Both the position numbers and the translations under genes were made by a program. The notes beneath the pieces were generated by a model that did not search any database, was not told the origin of the DNA, and saw nothing but the letters and a program-made list of their open reading frames with translations. From positions 434,001 to 498,000 of the forward strand of contig CP060766.1 of the NCBI GenBank assembly GCA_023205875.1: DNA of 64,000 nucleotides, in the 5' to 3' direction. Below are positions 41,443 to 51,830 of the stretch, in pieces (position 1 is the first letter of the stretch; each line of letters starts with the position of its first letter). This stretch comes from Chloropicon primus (taxonomy: Eukaryota).

Positions 41443-42768
41443 TCAACCCTTGGCGAGGGAGAAGGGCTTGAGAAACCTGCGGAAGACCTCCTGCAGCAGG
41501 AGAGCCCTCTCCTCGTCGACCTTGGTCAGGAGCTCAGAGTTCTCTTGCGCCCTGCGCAGCAAGTAAGGCATCACCTCCTCGAGGGGCCCGTAGGGGATGT
41601 ACTTGAACGCCTGCAGGCCGTGGTGGGCCAGGCTGAAGGTCAAGTAATCCGACATTCCGAGGAGCTGGGCGAAGTGGACACCGCCCCTGTCCTGGTCCTC
41701 CCCCCCCACCATCGAAATGCCCAGCCTCTCCATAGTCTCTATCGTGTGCTCGATGGAGTCCCTGTTGTGCGTCGCCACCATCACCGAGGTCTTCCTCTGA
41801 GCCTTTGCGAGATGGTCGAGGACGAGGTCAACGCACTGGTTGAAGTTGCTGGACGTGTCCTCGTAACTGTCGTGGATGGGGTTCTCGTACCCGAGTCTCT
41901 TGGCGCGCTCCCCCTCGTTCTTCATGTACGCCCCTCTCACCAGCTTGGCGGCGAAGACCCAGCCCTCGCTCTTCGCCAGCTCCAGATCCTTCTCCAGCCT
42001 CCCTCTCGAGTCCTTCAGGTAGCACTGGTACGTGTTCAAGACGGTTGGCTTGGTGGTGTTAAACTCCCGCTGCAGTTGCTTGGCAAGGTAATCGATCGCC
42101 GGCTGGTGCTGGTACGACTCCGCGTCCACCATGACCCCCACTCCCAGGTCCGATGCCTGCCTTGCGAGCTTCCTCAGCCTCCTCTCAATCGTGCCGAGCT
42201 CAGCAAGGGACACCTCCTCCCCGCTCCTTATCTTCGAAGAGGCCTCCTCCAGCAAGACAGGATTCCCCAGAGCAGTGACCTTGAGAGCCGCGAAGCCTTG
42301 CGGCGTAACGTTCTTCACGGCAGCAATCGCGAGGGCGAACGTCCGCGCATTCGCATCGCAGACGTGCTCCGCCTCGTACACGAACTCCCTCGCCACGGCA
42401 CCGGACGACGTCTTCGCCTTGGCCTCCCCTTGTTCAAGCTTCGCCTCCGCTGCGTAATCGAGGATGCCTTCCACCCCTTGCTCCCTCAGCCTTGCCATCA
42501 CGGGAGCTATCTCTTCCTCGCTCTCGCCGGCAACGAAGTGGTTGAAGAACGGCATGACGCAGAGCCGAGGAAGGTAATCCATCATCCTCTCCACCGAGCC
42601 AGGTCTCCACCTCTCTATCCTGTTATGATGCTTGCATGCTGTCAACACCGTCCAAGCTTGTGCAAGCTCCTTGGTCGTCTTGTCCTTGAACGCCAAAGTG
42701 GCATCCTCGAACACGAACTTCTTCGCAGCATTCAGGGTGCCGCGCAGCACTCTGTTCGCGGCAGCCAT
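41443..42768 (-). CDS. PRODH: Proline dehydrogenase, mitochondrial
   Basis: HFVAGE, ILDYAAE, ALKVTALG, MVDAE, NTYQCYLKD, KLVRGAYM, VATHN, FAQLLGM, KYIPYGP...YLLRRAQEN. Confidence 0.96.
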   Translation of the reverse strand: MAAANRVLRGTLNAAKKFVFEDATLAFKDKTTKELAQAWTVLTACKHHNRIERWRPGSVERMMDYLPRLCVMPFFNHFVAGESEEEIAPVMARLREQGVEGILDYAAEAKLEQGEAKAKTSSGAVAREFVYEAEHVCDANARTFALAIAAVKNVTPQGFAALKVTALGNPVLLEEASSKIRSGEEVSLAELGTIERRLRKLARQASDLGVGVMVDAESYQHQPAIDYLAKQLQREFNTTKPTVLNTYQCYLKDSRGRLEKDLELAKSEGWVFAAKLVRGAYMKNEGERAKRLGYENPIHDSYEDTSSNFNQCVDLVLDHLAKAQRKTSVMVATHNRDSIEHTIETMERLGISMVGGEDQDRGGVHFAQLLGMSDYLTFSLAHHGLQAFKYIPYGPLEEVMPYLLRRAQENSELLTKVDEERALLLQEVFRRFLKPFSLAKG

Positions 42769-42834
42769 CACGCGCAACCCACCCACCTTCCTCCTCCTCT
42801 CTCTCTTGTACCCCGAGGACGCGATGCCGATGAG

Positions 42835-42885
42835 ATGAGTATGAGTCACCCGCCAGGCTTGGTGACTCATCAGCGCGCCACGTGG
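42835..42885 (-). promoter_or_regulatory. Cluster of bZIP-type sites upstream of ProDH: ACTCAT x3, inverted ATGAGTCACC...GGTGACTCAT, G-box GCCACGTGG
   Basis: ATGAGT at 42835 and 42841, ACTCAT at 42865, CACGTG at 42879; about 70-120 bp upstream of the ATG. Confidence 0.65.
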
Positions 42886-42889
42886 ACCT

Positions 42890-43360
42890 CGGGGGTGTCG
42901 AGCTGGATCAGGACAGGAGAGGGACGGGAGACAAGGGAGGGACAGGAACAACCATTACCATTCACGGATCGATGAGGAGGGTTTTGTTTTGGGATGGGGC
43001 TCTTGTTTCTGTTTCGATGTTTCCCTTCCCCTGCAGGGAGAAGGGAGCGGTGATTGATGATTGGTTTCATCGGGGGTGTCGAGCTGGATCAGGACAGGAG
43101 AGGGACAGGAGGAAGGAGGGAGGGACAGGAACAACCATTACCATTCACGGATCGATGAGGAGGGTTTTGTTTTGGGATGGGGCTCTTGTTTCTGTTTCGA
43201 TGTTTCCCTTCCCCTGCAGGGAGAAGGGAGCGGTGATTGATGATTGGTTTCATCGGGGGTGTCGAGCTGGATCAGGACAGGAGAGGGAGCCATCACCATC
43301 CACTGAGATCGATGAGGAGGGTTTAATTTTTTTTTTGGGGGGAGCGGTGATTGATGATTG
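42890..43360. repeat. Tandem repeat, two full 181-183 bp units plus a diverged third
   Basis: gggggtgtcgagctggatcaggacaggagaggga starts at 42891, 43072 and 43255. Confidence 0.95.
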
Positions 43361-43408
43361 GCATTGAGATCCATCAATAACTATTGTTGTTGTGTTGCGT
43401 TAGCTAAC

Positions 43409-45529
43409 TTACTTACTCCTGAAGTTAAATCCTCCCAAGAACCTGTTGCTCAGAGTGGTGATCAGCTTGGATTCTCCGCCCTGAGCCGGGTGCTCCCCCT
43501 TGGCGGGGCCGGGATCCGCGGCCTTTGGTTGCTGAGGTTCCCTCCTCGGCACCACCGAGGCCGGGGCCGGCTCCTCAAAGTCGGACGGGCACGCGAGGTC
43601 CAGCGAGCCCGTCAGGGCGAAGCCGGAGGAAATGAGGGCCTCCACCACGGCCACCACGGACGAGGAGGCAAGGTAATCCTCCTCCTCCGAGGGAAGCCGC
43701 TGCGACGCTTCCCCTTCTCCGCCGGCGGCGAGGTTTCTCCCGGGGTGCGCCCCGGAGAAGAGCTGGCCCGGCGTCTGCCCGAACTCCTGGGCTTGCTGCT
43801 CGACGGCATCCCTGTGGACCTCGTCCTGAATCTTTGCCAAGTCCCCGCTGGTGTAGTAAGTCGTGATGTGAAACACGTTGTCGGCCTCCACGGCCCCCTT
43901 TCCCCTCTGCTTGCACCCGAAGATCAGATCGATCCACTTGTTCAGGTTCCCGTTCACATAACTCGACTCGTCCAGGGCTTTCCTGTGCTTGGTCGCAAAA
44001 TCGAGGGGGGACCCCGCCCAGGGGGGGAGCTCCACCTCGTCGATGGGCTCGCCGTTCTGCCTCTTCCCCAGGGGCAGGGCCTCGTTGGCCTGAAGGAACT
44101 TCACCGCCAGACCCCTCACGAAGAACTCAGGGATGAGCTCCTTCACGTCAGCCTGATTGCTGAGCACGCTGCTCCAGGACTCCTGCATGGAGTGGAACAT
44201 CCTGTCTGGGGCGTCGAAGCGGCCCGACTGAAGTCGGAGGAGGTGGCCAGGGGCCGCCCTGACCAGCCAGTACATGACGTACCCTGGGTTGCTGTAGTGG
44301 GTGCCGTACAAGAAGGGCGGGTTGTCCGGGTCGTCGTCCGGCATGAGGGAGAACCTTTCCCTCAGCATAGAGAGCCTGTCCGCGTTCAGGGCCCCAACCG
44401 GCTTGCTCAAGTCCCTGAACGTCCCCTCCGTGTCGAGGTCCAGGCTTGCGCTGGAATAATCCTTGAGGATCCATGGCATCACGGGCCACTGGGAGAGGTC
44501 GTTGAAGGTGCGCCCGCTCAGAAGGTTGAGAACCACGAGGTAATGGAAGTTGCTGACGGACCCTTTCTGCCAGCAAGCGGTGACCCTCTCCAGCATCGCC
44601 TGCGTGTCGCACCTCCCCTTCCGAAACGAGGTCAGGGAGTCCGCAAAGAGTTTGGACGCTATCTTCGCCCCGTTCTGACCCACCGGGGTATCCGTCCCAA
44701 TCATCGAGTGCAGGGCAAGCGTCTTCCACACGTCGTGGCACTCCTGGCGGGACTGGAAGGCAAAGAAAGCGCTCGAGGTGTCCCACTTTGGTGCGCTGGG
44801 GTTTCTCGGCTTCCAGAACAGGAGCTCAAGAGCCATCTGCTCCCGCAGTTTCGACTTCTTCTTGCAGCACGCCACGATGTCCTTCACCTGGTGAATCTTG
44901 CAAGGGGAGTTCCCCTCGATGTCGTGCAGTTGCTGGAAGTACACGCATTCCGTGGTCACCACGAGCCTGCCGGGGGAGTGCACAAGCGGGGCCTGGAGGA
45001 TGCACGGGACGTTGGCCAGTATCTTCTCGTTAATGGCGTCCCTGAGGTACATCGCCGTGTCGAAGGTGTTCTGACTTCCCCTCAACTTCTTCACCTGCCT
45101 CTCCTTGAGCAGCTTCAGAAGGTCATGCCTGCTCTGCTGGCTGAGGTACAGGGCCTCGTGAAGAACGGGCAGGACTTGGGGAAGCGGGGCGTAGGACAGC
45201 GTGAAAAGGAAATCGCTCCTTGATCGCACCGTTTTGTAGGGCACGTCCCTATTGTTCTGCTTCATCCGCACGACGGTCGAAGTGGTGAGCCTGAACTGCT
45301 TCTCTCCGACAGGCTCCAAGCTCACCGTGTCCTTCAATGGGAACTTCAAGATCGGCGACCTCGAGTCCGTGGGATCGAAGGCTATGCTCATGCTGCACAA
45401 CCTCAGCCTCCCTTTCAGGTCCGCCTCGTCCTTGGTGGACAGCACGGCCACCCAGTCCCCCTCGTACTCCTCCCCCTCATCAAGGAGGAGGAGACTGAAC
45501 CGGGAGGACGCCTTCCTCTGCTTCAGCAT
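43409..45529 (-). CDS. BEACH-domain protein, FAN/NSMAF-like (PH/GRAM + BEACH, no WD40 seen)
   Basis: RFSLLLLDEGEEY, WQKGSVSNFHYL, GRTFNDLSQWPVMPW, FRDLSKPVGAL, YGTHYS, FDAPDRMF, DVKELIPEFF, WIDLIFG. Confidence 0.93.
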   Translation of the reverse strand: MLKQRKASSRFSLLLLDEGEEYEGDWVAVLSTKDEADLKGRLRLCSMSIAFDPTDSRSPILKFPLKDTVSLEPVGEKQFRLTTSTVVRMKQNNRDVPYKTVRSRSDFLFTLSYAPLPQVLPVLHEALYLSQQSRHDLLKLLKERQVKKLRGSQNTFDTAMYLRDAINEKILANVPCILQAPLVHSPGRLVVTTECVYFQQLHDIEGNSPCKIHQVKDIVACCKKKSKLREQMALELLFWKPRNPSAPKWDTSSAFFAFQSRQECHDVWKTLALHSMIGTDTPVGQNGAKIASKLFADSLTSFRKGRCDTQAMLERVTACWQKGSVSNFHYLVVLNLLSGRTFNDLSQWPVMPWILKDYSSASLDLDTEGTFRDLSKPVGALNADRLSMLRERFSLMPDDDPDNPPFLYGTHYSNPGYVMYWLVRAAPGHLLRLQSGRFDAPDRMFHSMQESWSSVLSNQADVKELIPEFFVRGLAVKFLQANEALPLGKRQNGEPIDEVELPPWAGSPLDFATKHRKALDESSYVNGNLNKWIDLIFGCKQRGKGAVEADNVFHITTYYTSGDLAKIQDEVHRDAVEQQAQEFGQTPGQLFSGAHPGRNLAAGGEGEASQRLPSEEEDYLASSSVVAVVEALISSGFALTGSLDLACPSDFEEPAPASVVPRREPQQPKAADPGPAKGEHPAQGGESKLITTLSNRFLGGFNFRSK

Positions 45530-45605
45530 CCCAAACGCAAACGCAGAGGCCAATCCGATTCGATTGGATTGGATTGAATTGGATTGGATCGCACTCGAAC
45601 TCGAT

Positions 45606-45851
45606 CTAAGACCACGAAGGGATGTCCGCCTGGTAGTCTGGACCTATGCGTGGCTTCCTCTTCTCCGCCAGACCTTTGATTTTGCTCGTGACAACTTTCG
45701 TTCTCTTGTTGTTGGTTCCACCCGTGTCCTCGTTCACGTTTTTGCCACCATGGAGGAGGACGTCCGCCTCATCCCTAACACCTCCCTCCCTCGTCGACGT
45801 CGTCCTCTTCCCCTTGCTCACTTGGTCCTCGACACCAAAGTCCGTGACCAT
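45606..45851 (-). CDS. Small protein ending in an ELM2-like motif
   Basis: KPRIGPDYQADIP at the C-terminus; 5' structure uncertain. Confidence 0.5.
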   Translation of the reverse strand: MVTDFGVEDQVSKGKRTTSTREGGVRDEADVLLHGGKNVNEDTGGTNNKRTKVVTSKIKGLAEKRKPRIGPDYQADIPSWS

Positions 45852-45983
45852 CCCAAACCTCCTCAAGAGCTCCCCTCCCCTCCCCTCCCCTCTAGGCAAG
45901 TGACACCTCGTTCGAAAGTAGAGAAAGAGACGAAGCCGCTCCACCTAACCCCTCACGCCCCTTCCCTCTCTCCCACTCGCCGC

Positions 45984-45988
45984 TCGTC

Positions 45989-46031
<43 letters not shown>
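45984..46031. repeat. (TCG)n microsatellite
   Basis: Direct reading. Confidence 0.9.
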
Positions 46032-46032
<1 letters not shown>

Positions 46033-46441
46033 GGTGCTCACTGTGCTCAACCGTTTTGGTTCCGGAGGAGGAGGAGCGAAGGGAGGGAGGAGGAGTAGAG
46101 ATGCGGTGCTAGGAGGAGGAAGAGGTCAGGAGTACGGGACCACAGTGCTGTGGTCTTCCTCAGTTCCCCCTATAAAGTGAATTCTACCAGGATCTCCTCT
46201 CCTCTCCTCTCCTCACCTCGCCAGCGGACTGGAGAACCACGCCAACGAGGACGAGGACGAGAGAAGAGGGGAGAGCAAGGGGAGGTGGCGGGCGGGAGGG
46301 GTCAGGGATTCGTCGAGGGGTGGGACTAATCGAAGGAGCGTCTCTCGGGCTTTCGATTGATCACGGCATTGTCATTGGTTTGGGTTTACCTTTCTGTTCC
46401 TTTCCATTGGGAAGTGTGGTTTGGGATTGGCTCGGGGTGGG

Positions 46442-46567
46442 ATGGGAGGGACGGGGAGCAAGGAGGCGAGTGTGCCAGGGGGCGAGGAGGTCAGCAAGGG
46501 GCCAGATCCTGCCTTGGCACACGAGAGCCACCAGGCGAAAACGCTGAGATACAGGTAGGCAGCGACG

Positions 46568-46621
<54 letters not shown>

Positions 46622-47269
46622 GTCTCTCTCTTGTTGCTGTGCTGGGCCAGAGCAAGCAGTGGCTGACACCACCACTCCTTGACCTCCCTGTTGTTGCTCT
46701 TGACTTGGTGATGGGTGTCTCTGGCTTGTGGAACGGAACGAATCGCGCCACTGACGCCAGCGTGAAGAAGAAGGCCATGGCCGCTTGCGGCGAACTGCAC
46801 GGTAAGAGTCCAGGACCTTGTGCTGCTGGGAAAGTTAAAGCGTGGAGAGGCTGGCGGTTCTGTGCCTCGAGGGGAGGAGGGGGGAAGCATTGGGTGGCCA
46901 AGCTCTGACGCCTTCCTCTCTCCGTGATGCTGCTTTTGCTTTTGTGTGCCACTAGGTGACCTCTTGGACTGCTTTCAGAAGGCAAGCATGTTCACGTTCA
47001 AACCCATCTGCCAGGAGGAGAACAATGCATTCTGGGAGTGCTACAAGCGCGAGAGGGTGAGTTGGCGCTGGTTTTCGTCGAGCTGTGGCTTGGGCCGATC
47101 CGACTGACTGGCTTGACTGCCGTGTGTTTTCGTTTCTTGGTTCCCTTCGCAGGGCATGTCCACCACGGAGACCGCCGCGCAGCGGGACATGAGCTTCAGG
47201 CAGATGTACGACGACACGGCGGCTTACGTGCAAGAGCAGTGGTCCAAGGGGAGCGACCCAAAGGATTGA
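46442..47269 (+). CDS. Twin CX9C (CHCH) mitochondrial intermembrane-space protein; exons 46442-46554, 46761-46801, 46956-47056, 47153-47269
   Basis: Spliced product MGGTGSKE...KKKAMAACGELHGDLLDCFQK...ICQEENNAFWECYKRERG...; all introns GT-AG with ctgac branch points; phases agree. Confidence 0.8.
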
Positions 47270-47664
47270 GTCTTGGTGAGGAGGAGAGGGCGGGAAGCAA
47301 ATCGATGACGAGGGCGTCACGACCAGGCCAAGCCAAGCTAGAGAAAGAGGGAGAGAGGGGGGAGGGAGGAAGCCAAGCCAGCATGATGTACACTACCCAC
47401 CGCACGCGAGTGGACCCGAGTCGAGTCGTTCGATGCCCACGAACAACTTTTGGTCGCGGTTGGGGTCGCTTGGTTCTCCAACAAAGTGAATTTAATTACA
47501 AGTCACCGATTATTGGACTCAAAATTCTGCTCTACCTTTGCAGCAACAGCGTCTCCCACAATCCGCAGGGTTCTGCTAACACACCGCATAATACACAAGC
47601 GCTCGCATGAATCTTGGTTCCTTCTCGAAGCCACGATGAAGAGACGTTTGATGGCTTGAACCAA

Positions 47665-48173
47665 TTATCTCAACTGTGTTGGTTGTTGTGAACAAACGAA
47701 CGAACGAAAGAAGAAGAAGAAGATAAAGACGTTGTGTCAGTGAGTTCCCTTTGTGCAGGTTGAGACAGAAAGAGAAAGAGAGAGGACGTGACTCTTTTGT
47801 CTGTCTCTCTGTGCGTGGCGTTGGCTTGTTCTCTTCTCTCCTCTCTTACCTTTCTGAAACCAATATCCTTGGCGTTCTCTCTGAAGCACCTTCTGCAGAT
47901 GTTGAGCCCGTACTTGCGGATGACTCCGTGATGGCTTCCGCACACACGGCTAACCAAGGAAGAAACAAAACAAAAAACAAAAAAACAAAAAGTCAGCCTC
48001 ACGTTTCGTTCAAGCCATCGCACCGCGTGGATCCCTTTGTGCCCAAGAAAAAGGATGAAAGGAATGAAAGAGCGTTCGTCGTTTTCTTCTTGTTCTTGTT
48101 CTTTTGCTTACCAAGGGTGCGAGCCCAAGCCGTAGTCTCTAGGGTGCGAGTTCCAGACGTTCTTGTGTCCCAT
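47665..48173 (-). CDS. RPS29: 40S ribosomal protein S29 (uS14); exons 48173-48112, 47949-47850, 47673-47665
   Basis: [56 protein letters not shown]. Confidence 0.96.
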
Positions 48174-48690
48174 GGTGCTAACGTTGACGGTCCTGGCTTT
48201 GATGGATCACGATCGATCACCTCTTTGCTCTCTCTGCTCTCTCTCTCACGGCCGCTTCGCTCTTCTTCGCTCTCGTTTGGAGCTCCGGCGGCCGGCAACA
48301 TTTCCAAGAGTGCAAAAACCACCTTGACACTGCAAAAAATGTAACATTTCCGGAACTTTTTGCACGATCGCACGACTTGCACATTTCCGTAGTAGAGATT
48401 ACATCTTGAGAAGGGTTAACACTGTGACTTTTCCGAACCTCTCCCCTGGCGGCGGCGCGTTTCTCCCCCGTCGTGTAGAGATTCCATCTTAACGGGTGGA
48501 AACGCAAAAAAAAACGAAAATACTGGAAAGCATGTTCTCCATGTGGCGTCACCCCTAGAACGCGAATGCAGTCCTCAGGGTAACGTCGTTGTTCGAAGAG
48601 AGAGAGAAGCGCCGGCGATCGATCGAAAGAGGAGAGAGAGAGAGAGAGAGAGGAGCGACTTGACGACGAGGAGAGAGAGAAAGTACCAAG

Positions 48691-49348
48691 ATGCCACCAA
48701 AGGAGCAGAAGTCCAAGGAGCAGAAGGCTAAGGCCGCCATGCACTCTTCTAAGGGTAAGTAAGGGTCGACCCTCACACTTTCTCTCTTCAATACTCCCTC
48801 TGTCTCTCTCTCTTCAGTCCTTTTTTCATTCCTTTCCTCTTCCTCTCTTCAGTCACTTCTGGAGGGAAAGGGGAATGGAGGAACTCCATTTGCTTCGGTC
48901 TCTTCCTTTTCTTCTCCTTCTTCTTCTTCTCCTTCTTCTTCTTCTCATTGTCGTGGAGTTTTGTTTTCTGACTCTTTCTCTCTTCTTCATCTATTTATCA
49001 AACTCTCCTCTCCCTCGTTCATCATCATCGTCGTCATCATCATCCTATTTCATTATCATTATCATCTTCTTCTTCGCAGGTAAGAAGAAGAAGTGGTCCA
49101 AGGGAAAGACCAAGGAGAAGGTGAACAACGAGGTGATGTACACCCAGGCTGCCTACGACAAGATGCTCGTGGAGGTGCCAAAGATGAAGATGATCACCCC
49201 ATCTATCTTGAGTGATAGGCTTAGAATCAACGGGTCCCTCGCGAGGGCCACCCTCAAGCACTTGGAGGCCGAGGGAAAGATCAGGGCCATCACCAAGCAC
49301 TCTGCCCAGCTTATCTACACCAGAGCGACCAACGTCGCTGCGGAGTAA
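48691..49348 (+). CDS. RPS25: 40S ribosomal protein S25 (eS25); exons 48691-48754, 49080-49348
   Basis: [16 protein letters not shown]...[17 protein letters not shown]...[18 protein letters not shown]...QLIYTRAT. Confidence 0.97.
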
Positions 49349-49709
49349 GGAGAGACACACTACTCCACAGGGGGAGGGGAAGCCAGCGTCTACGCGGCGG
49401 ACCGAGAGAGGACCCCGCGCGCCTGAGGGACTCTTTTTTAGGCCCGAGGGTATACCTACCCGTGTGCTTTGGGGCAAAGGCACACCTCTCGCGCGCGAGA
49501 AGCTTCTTGGTCCCGCGACGTGTTGTGTAAACCTAAAGAAGTTAGAAACAATATCCGAAAAAGAAAAAATAATGAACGTTTAATGAGCTTGTCATACAGT
49601 TCTTTAATATTATTAACAAACACGAGGAGCCACCACCGCTCCCACCACCGCTCCTCCCTCCTCCTCGTCGTCGTCCTACCACCCGTCGTCGTCGTCGTCG
49701 TCGTCGTCG

Positions 49710-51056
49710 TCACGCCAACGTCGTCCCCTCCTCCTTCTCCCTCCTCTTCTCCTCCAGCCTCTCCTTCTTCTCCACCTGCCGGTCGTAGATGTCGTACAGG
49801 CAAAGCATGATCTCCGTGGCGATGAGAACGATGATGATCCACTCCAGGGTGTCTGACTTCCTGTTCTGGAGAATCTCGAGGAAGTACTTGACGTTCTGCT
49901 GCATCAGCTCGAGCTTCAGGGAGAGCCTCTGGAACCTCTCCTCGAGCTCGAACTCCCCCCTCATCTGCTCCCAGATCGCCCCGTAGTGGGCGTACTTCCA
50001 AGCCACGTCGCTCGGCTTCTCCAGCAACTTTATCTTGGTGATGCTGTCGCTGTACGTCATGTTGTTCTGCCCCACGATCTGGAACAGGGTCTTCTTCGGG
50101 ATCTTGAAGTTGCCCGTGAGCTCCATCTCGATGTTGATCTTCGAGAACTCCTTGAGCATGGAGTCCACCTTGGCGTGGTAGTGGTCCAGGGCCACCGACT
50201 GGCCCAGAACGCGGCTGATGACGATGATGTTGTTCATGTCCAGGCACCGAAGGCGGAGGTTGTCGTTCATGAGCTGGGACCACTCCCTCTGCCTCGCGTC
50301 GACGATAACGGAGAAGTCCTCTGACCTCGCCGCGGGCTTCTCGATCCCTCCGCCGTACGCAGCCGTCCCGTTAGAGGCGTACCTCGCGATCTCCTCCAGG
50401 TACCTCGCCCTCGAGTCGGCGTCCTCGACGTTGAAGAAAACGACTCCGCCGTACCGAAACGCCACGACGAACGAGCTCTCGTAGCTCGTCACGAGGGTGA
50501 TGTACGACGGGCTCTCCGAAGACTCCTCCCCATCGCTGCCTTCCGGCTGCGGCGGAACCTTCCTGGTGGCCGTGAACGTCACCAGGGACTGCCTCGCGGT
50601 CCTAGCCATGAGGGGCGTGATGTTGATCGTCACATAATCGTTCCGAGCCGTCTGCTCCAAGCTCTTGTACAGGTAGCTCCCGCTCAGCCCCTCTATGTCC
50701 ACGTCTCTATCCAGGTAGTACGCGTTCACCCCGATTTTGCTCTCGAACGCGGACGGCGACTCTCCCGAAGGGAACGCCCTGCTGCCCTCCATGACCTGCG
50801 CCTGGTCAGCCTCGCCGGTGCCCGCGGCGTCGCAAGCCATGCCCCTGCGGAACTCCTGCTCCTGCTGCGCGCTCCTGCGTATCGAACAGGAACGCGAGCC
50901 AGGAAACCACGTTGGGTCGACTTCAATAACTTGAGAGCACCTCTCGATCCACCCGGCAGACCACCGGGCGAGGTGCCCCAAGCTCGGCTGGAGGAATGGT
51001 TGTCGGCAGATGACCCCGCTAGCTGCCCGCCTCAACCCGCAACGAGCGAGCAACAT
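49710..51056 (-). CDS. RMND1/Rmd1 (DUF155) family protein, probably mitochondrial
   Basis: FRYGGVVFFN, ISRVLGQSVALDHY, FELEERFQRLSLKL, LEWIIIVLIATEI; Arg-rich presequence. Confidence 0.92.
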   Translation of the reverse strand: MLLARCGLRRAASGVICRQPFLQPSLGHLARWSAGWIERCSQVIEVDPTWFPGSRSCSIRRSAQQEQEFRRGMACDAAGTGEADQAQVMEGSRAFPSGESPSAFESKIGVNAYYLDRDVDIEGLSGSYLYKSLEQTARNDYVTINITPLMARTARQSLVTFTATRKVPPQPEGSDGEESSESPSYITLVTSYESSFVVAFRYGGVVFFNVEDADSRARYLEEIARYASNGTAAYGGGIEKPAARSEDFSVIVDARQREWSQLMNDNLRLRCLDMNNIIVISRVLGQSVALDHYHAKVDSMLKEFSKINIEMELTGNFKIPKKTLFQIVGQNNMTYSDSITKIKLLEKPSDVAWKYAHYGAIWEQMRGEFELEERFQRLSLKLELMQQNVKYFLEILQNRKSDTLEWIIIVLIATEIMLCLYDIYDRQVEKKERLEEKRREKEEGTTLA

Positions 51057-51830
51057 CACGACGAATCCCGACCTCCTCTCCCTCACCTCCGCAGTCCCTC
51101 TCCCCGTATCAAAGTGCGCCAACCGAGTCGAGCGCGTCAATCGAAGCGTTTAGAGACCCGCTCTCGTCCGGGTCCTCTGAAATCGCGCACTACGCCGCTC
51201 CGGACGCAACCATTCGGGGCAACCCGTGCTCTCCTCCCCCTCGGCCCCTCCCTGCAGGATGGGCTTTGCGGATGCTTTTACCGATCACGCCCCGGGCCCA
51301 GAACTTGAATGGAGGAAGATCGTGAGAGTTGTCTTCTTTGCGACCGACCCCTGTCCCCTCTAGCCCTCCCTGCCGTCGCCAGATCCTCCCACAAAGTCCA
51401 CCTGTCCCCTCCCTCCCCTCCAGTCCCGCCGATGTAATCAACCTAACCGACGACTCCGAAGGCCAAACGAAGCAAACAAAGTATCGATGGAAAGCTCGCG
51501 AGATGATCTTGCTAATGATGTGTCACGCTCCCCCTCTGGTTCCCTATTTCTCTTCCAGCGTTCCCTCCAAGGTGTTGGTTTCCACGCGTTTCCTCCTCGT
51601 TGGTCGCCGAGGAGGGGCATCGTGATCCGCGGCGGTGGCGCCCCTTGAGGAGGAACGGAAGGGAAGGGAGCGAGGTGAAGGAGGAAGGGAGCGGAGGGGT
51701 TGGGACGTTAGCGTGTGTGCTGCGTAACGGACGAACTCGTCTCGACCTTCTCTCCGCCTCAAACCTTCTTCTCTTTGCTCGCTTCGCTTTGCTCAAGGGA
51801 GGGAACCATCCCAGCCACGAGCCGAGCAGC

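Noticed and set aside
43358..45223. 621-aa plus-strand ORF (likewise 41545-42975, 2191-3702, 7139-8464, 58883-59923, 61165-62451)
   Set aside because: Antisense shadows of GC3-rich genes, with no recognisable motifs.
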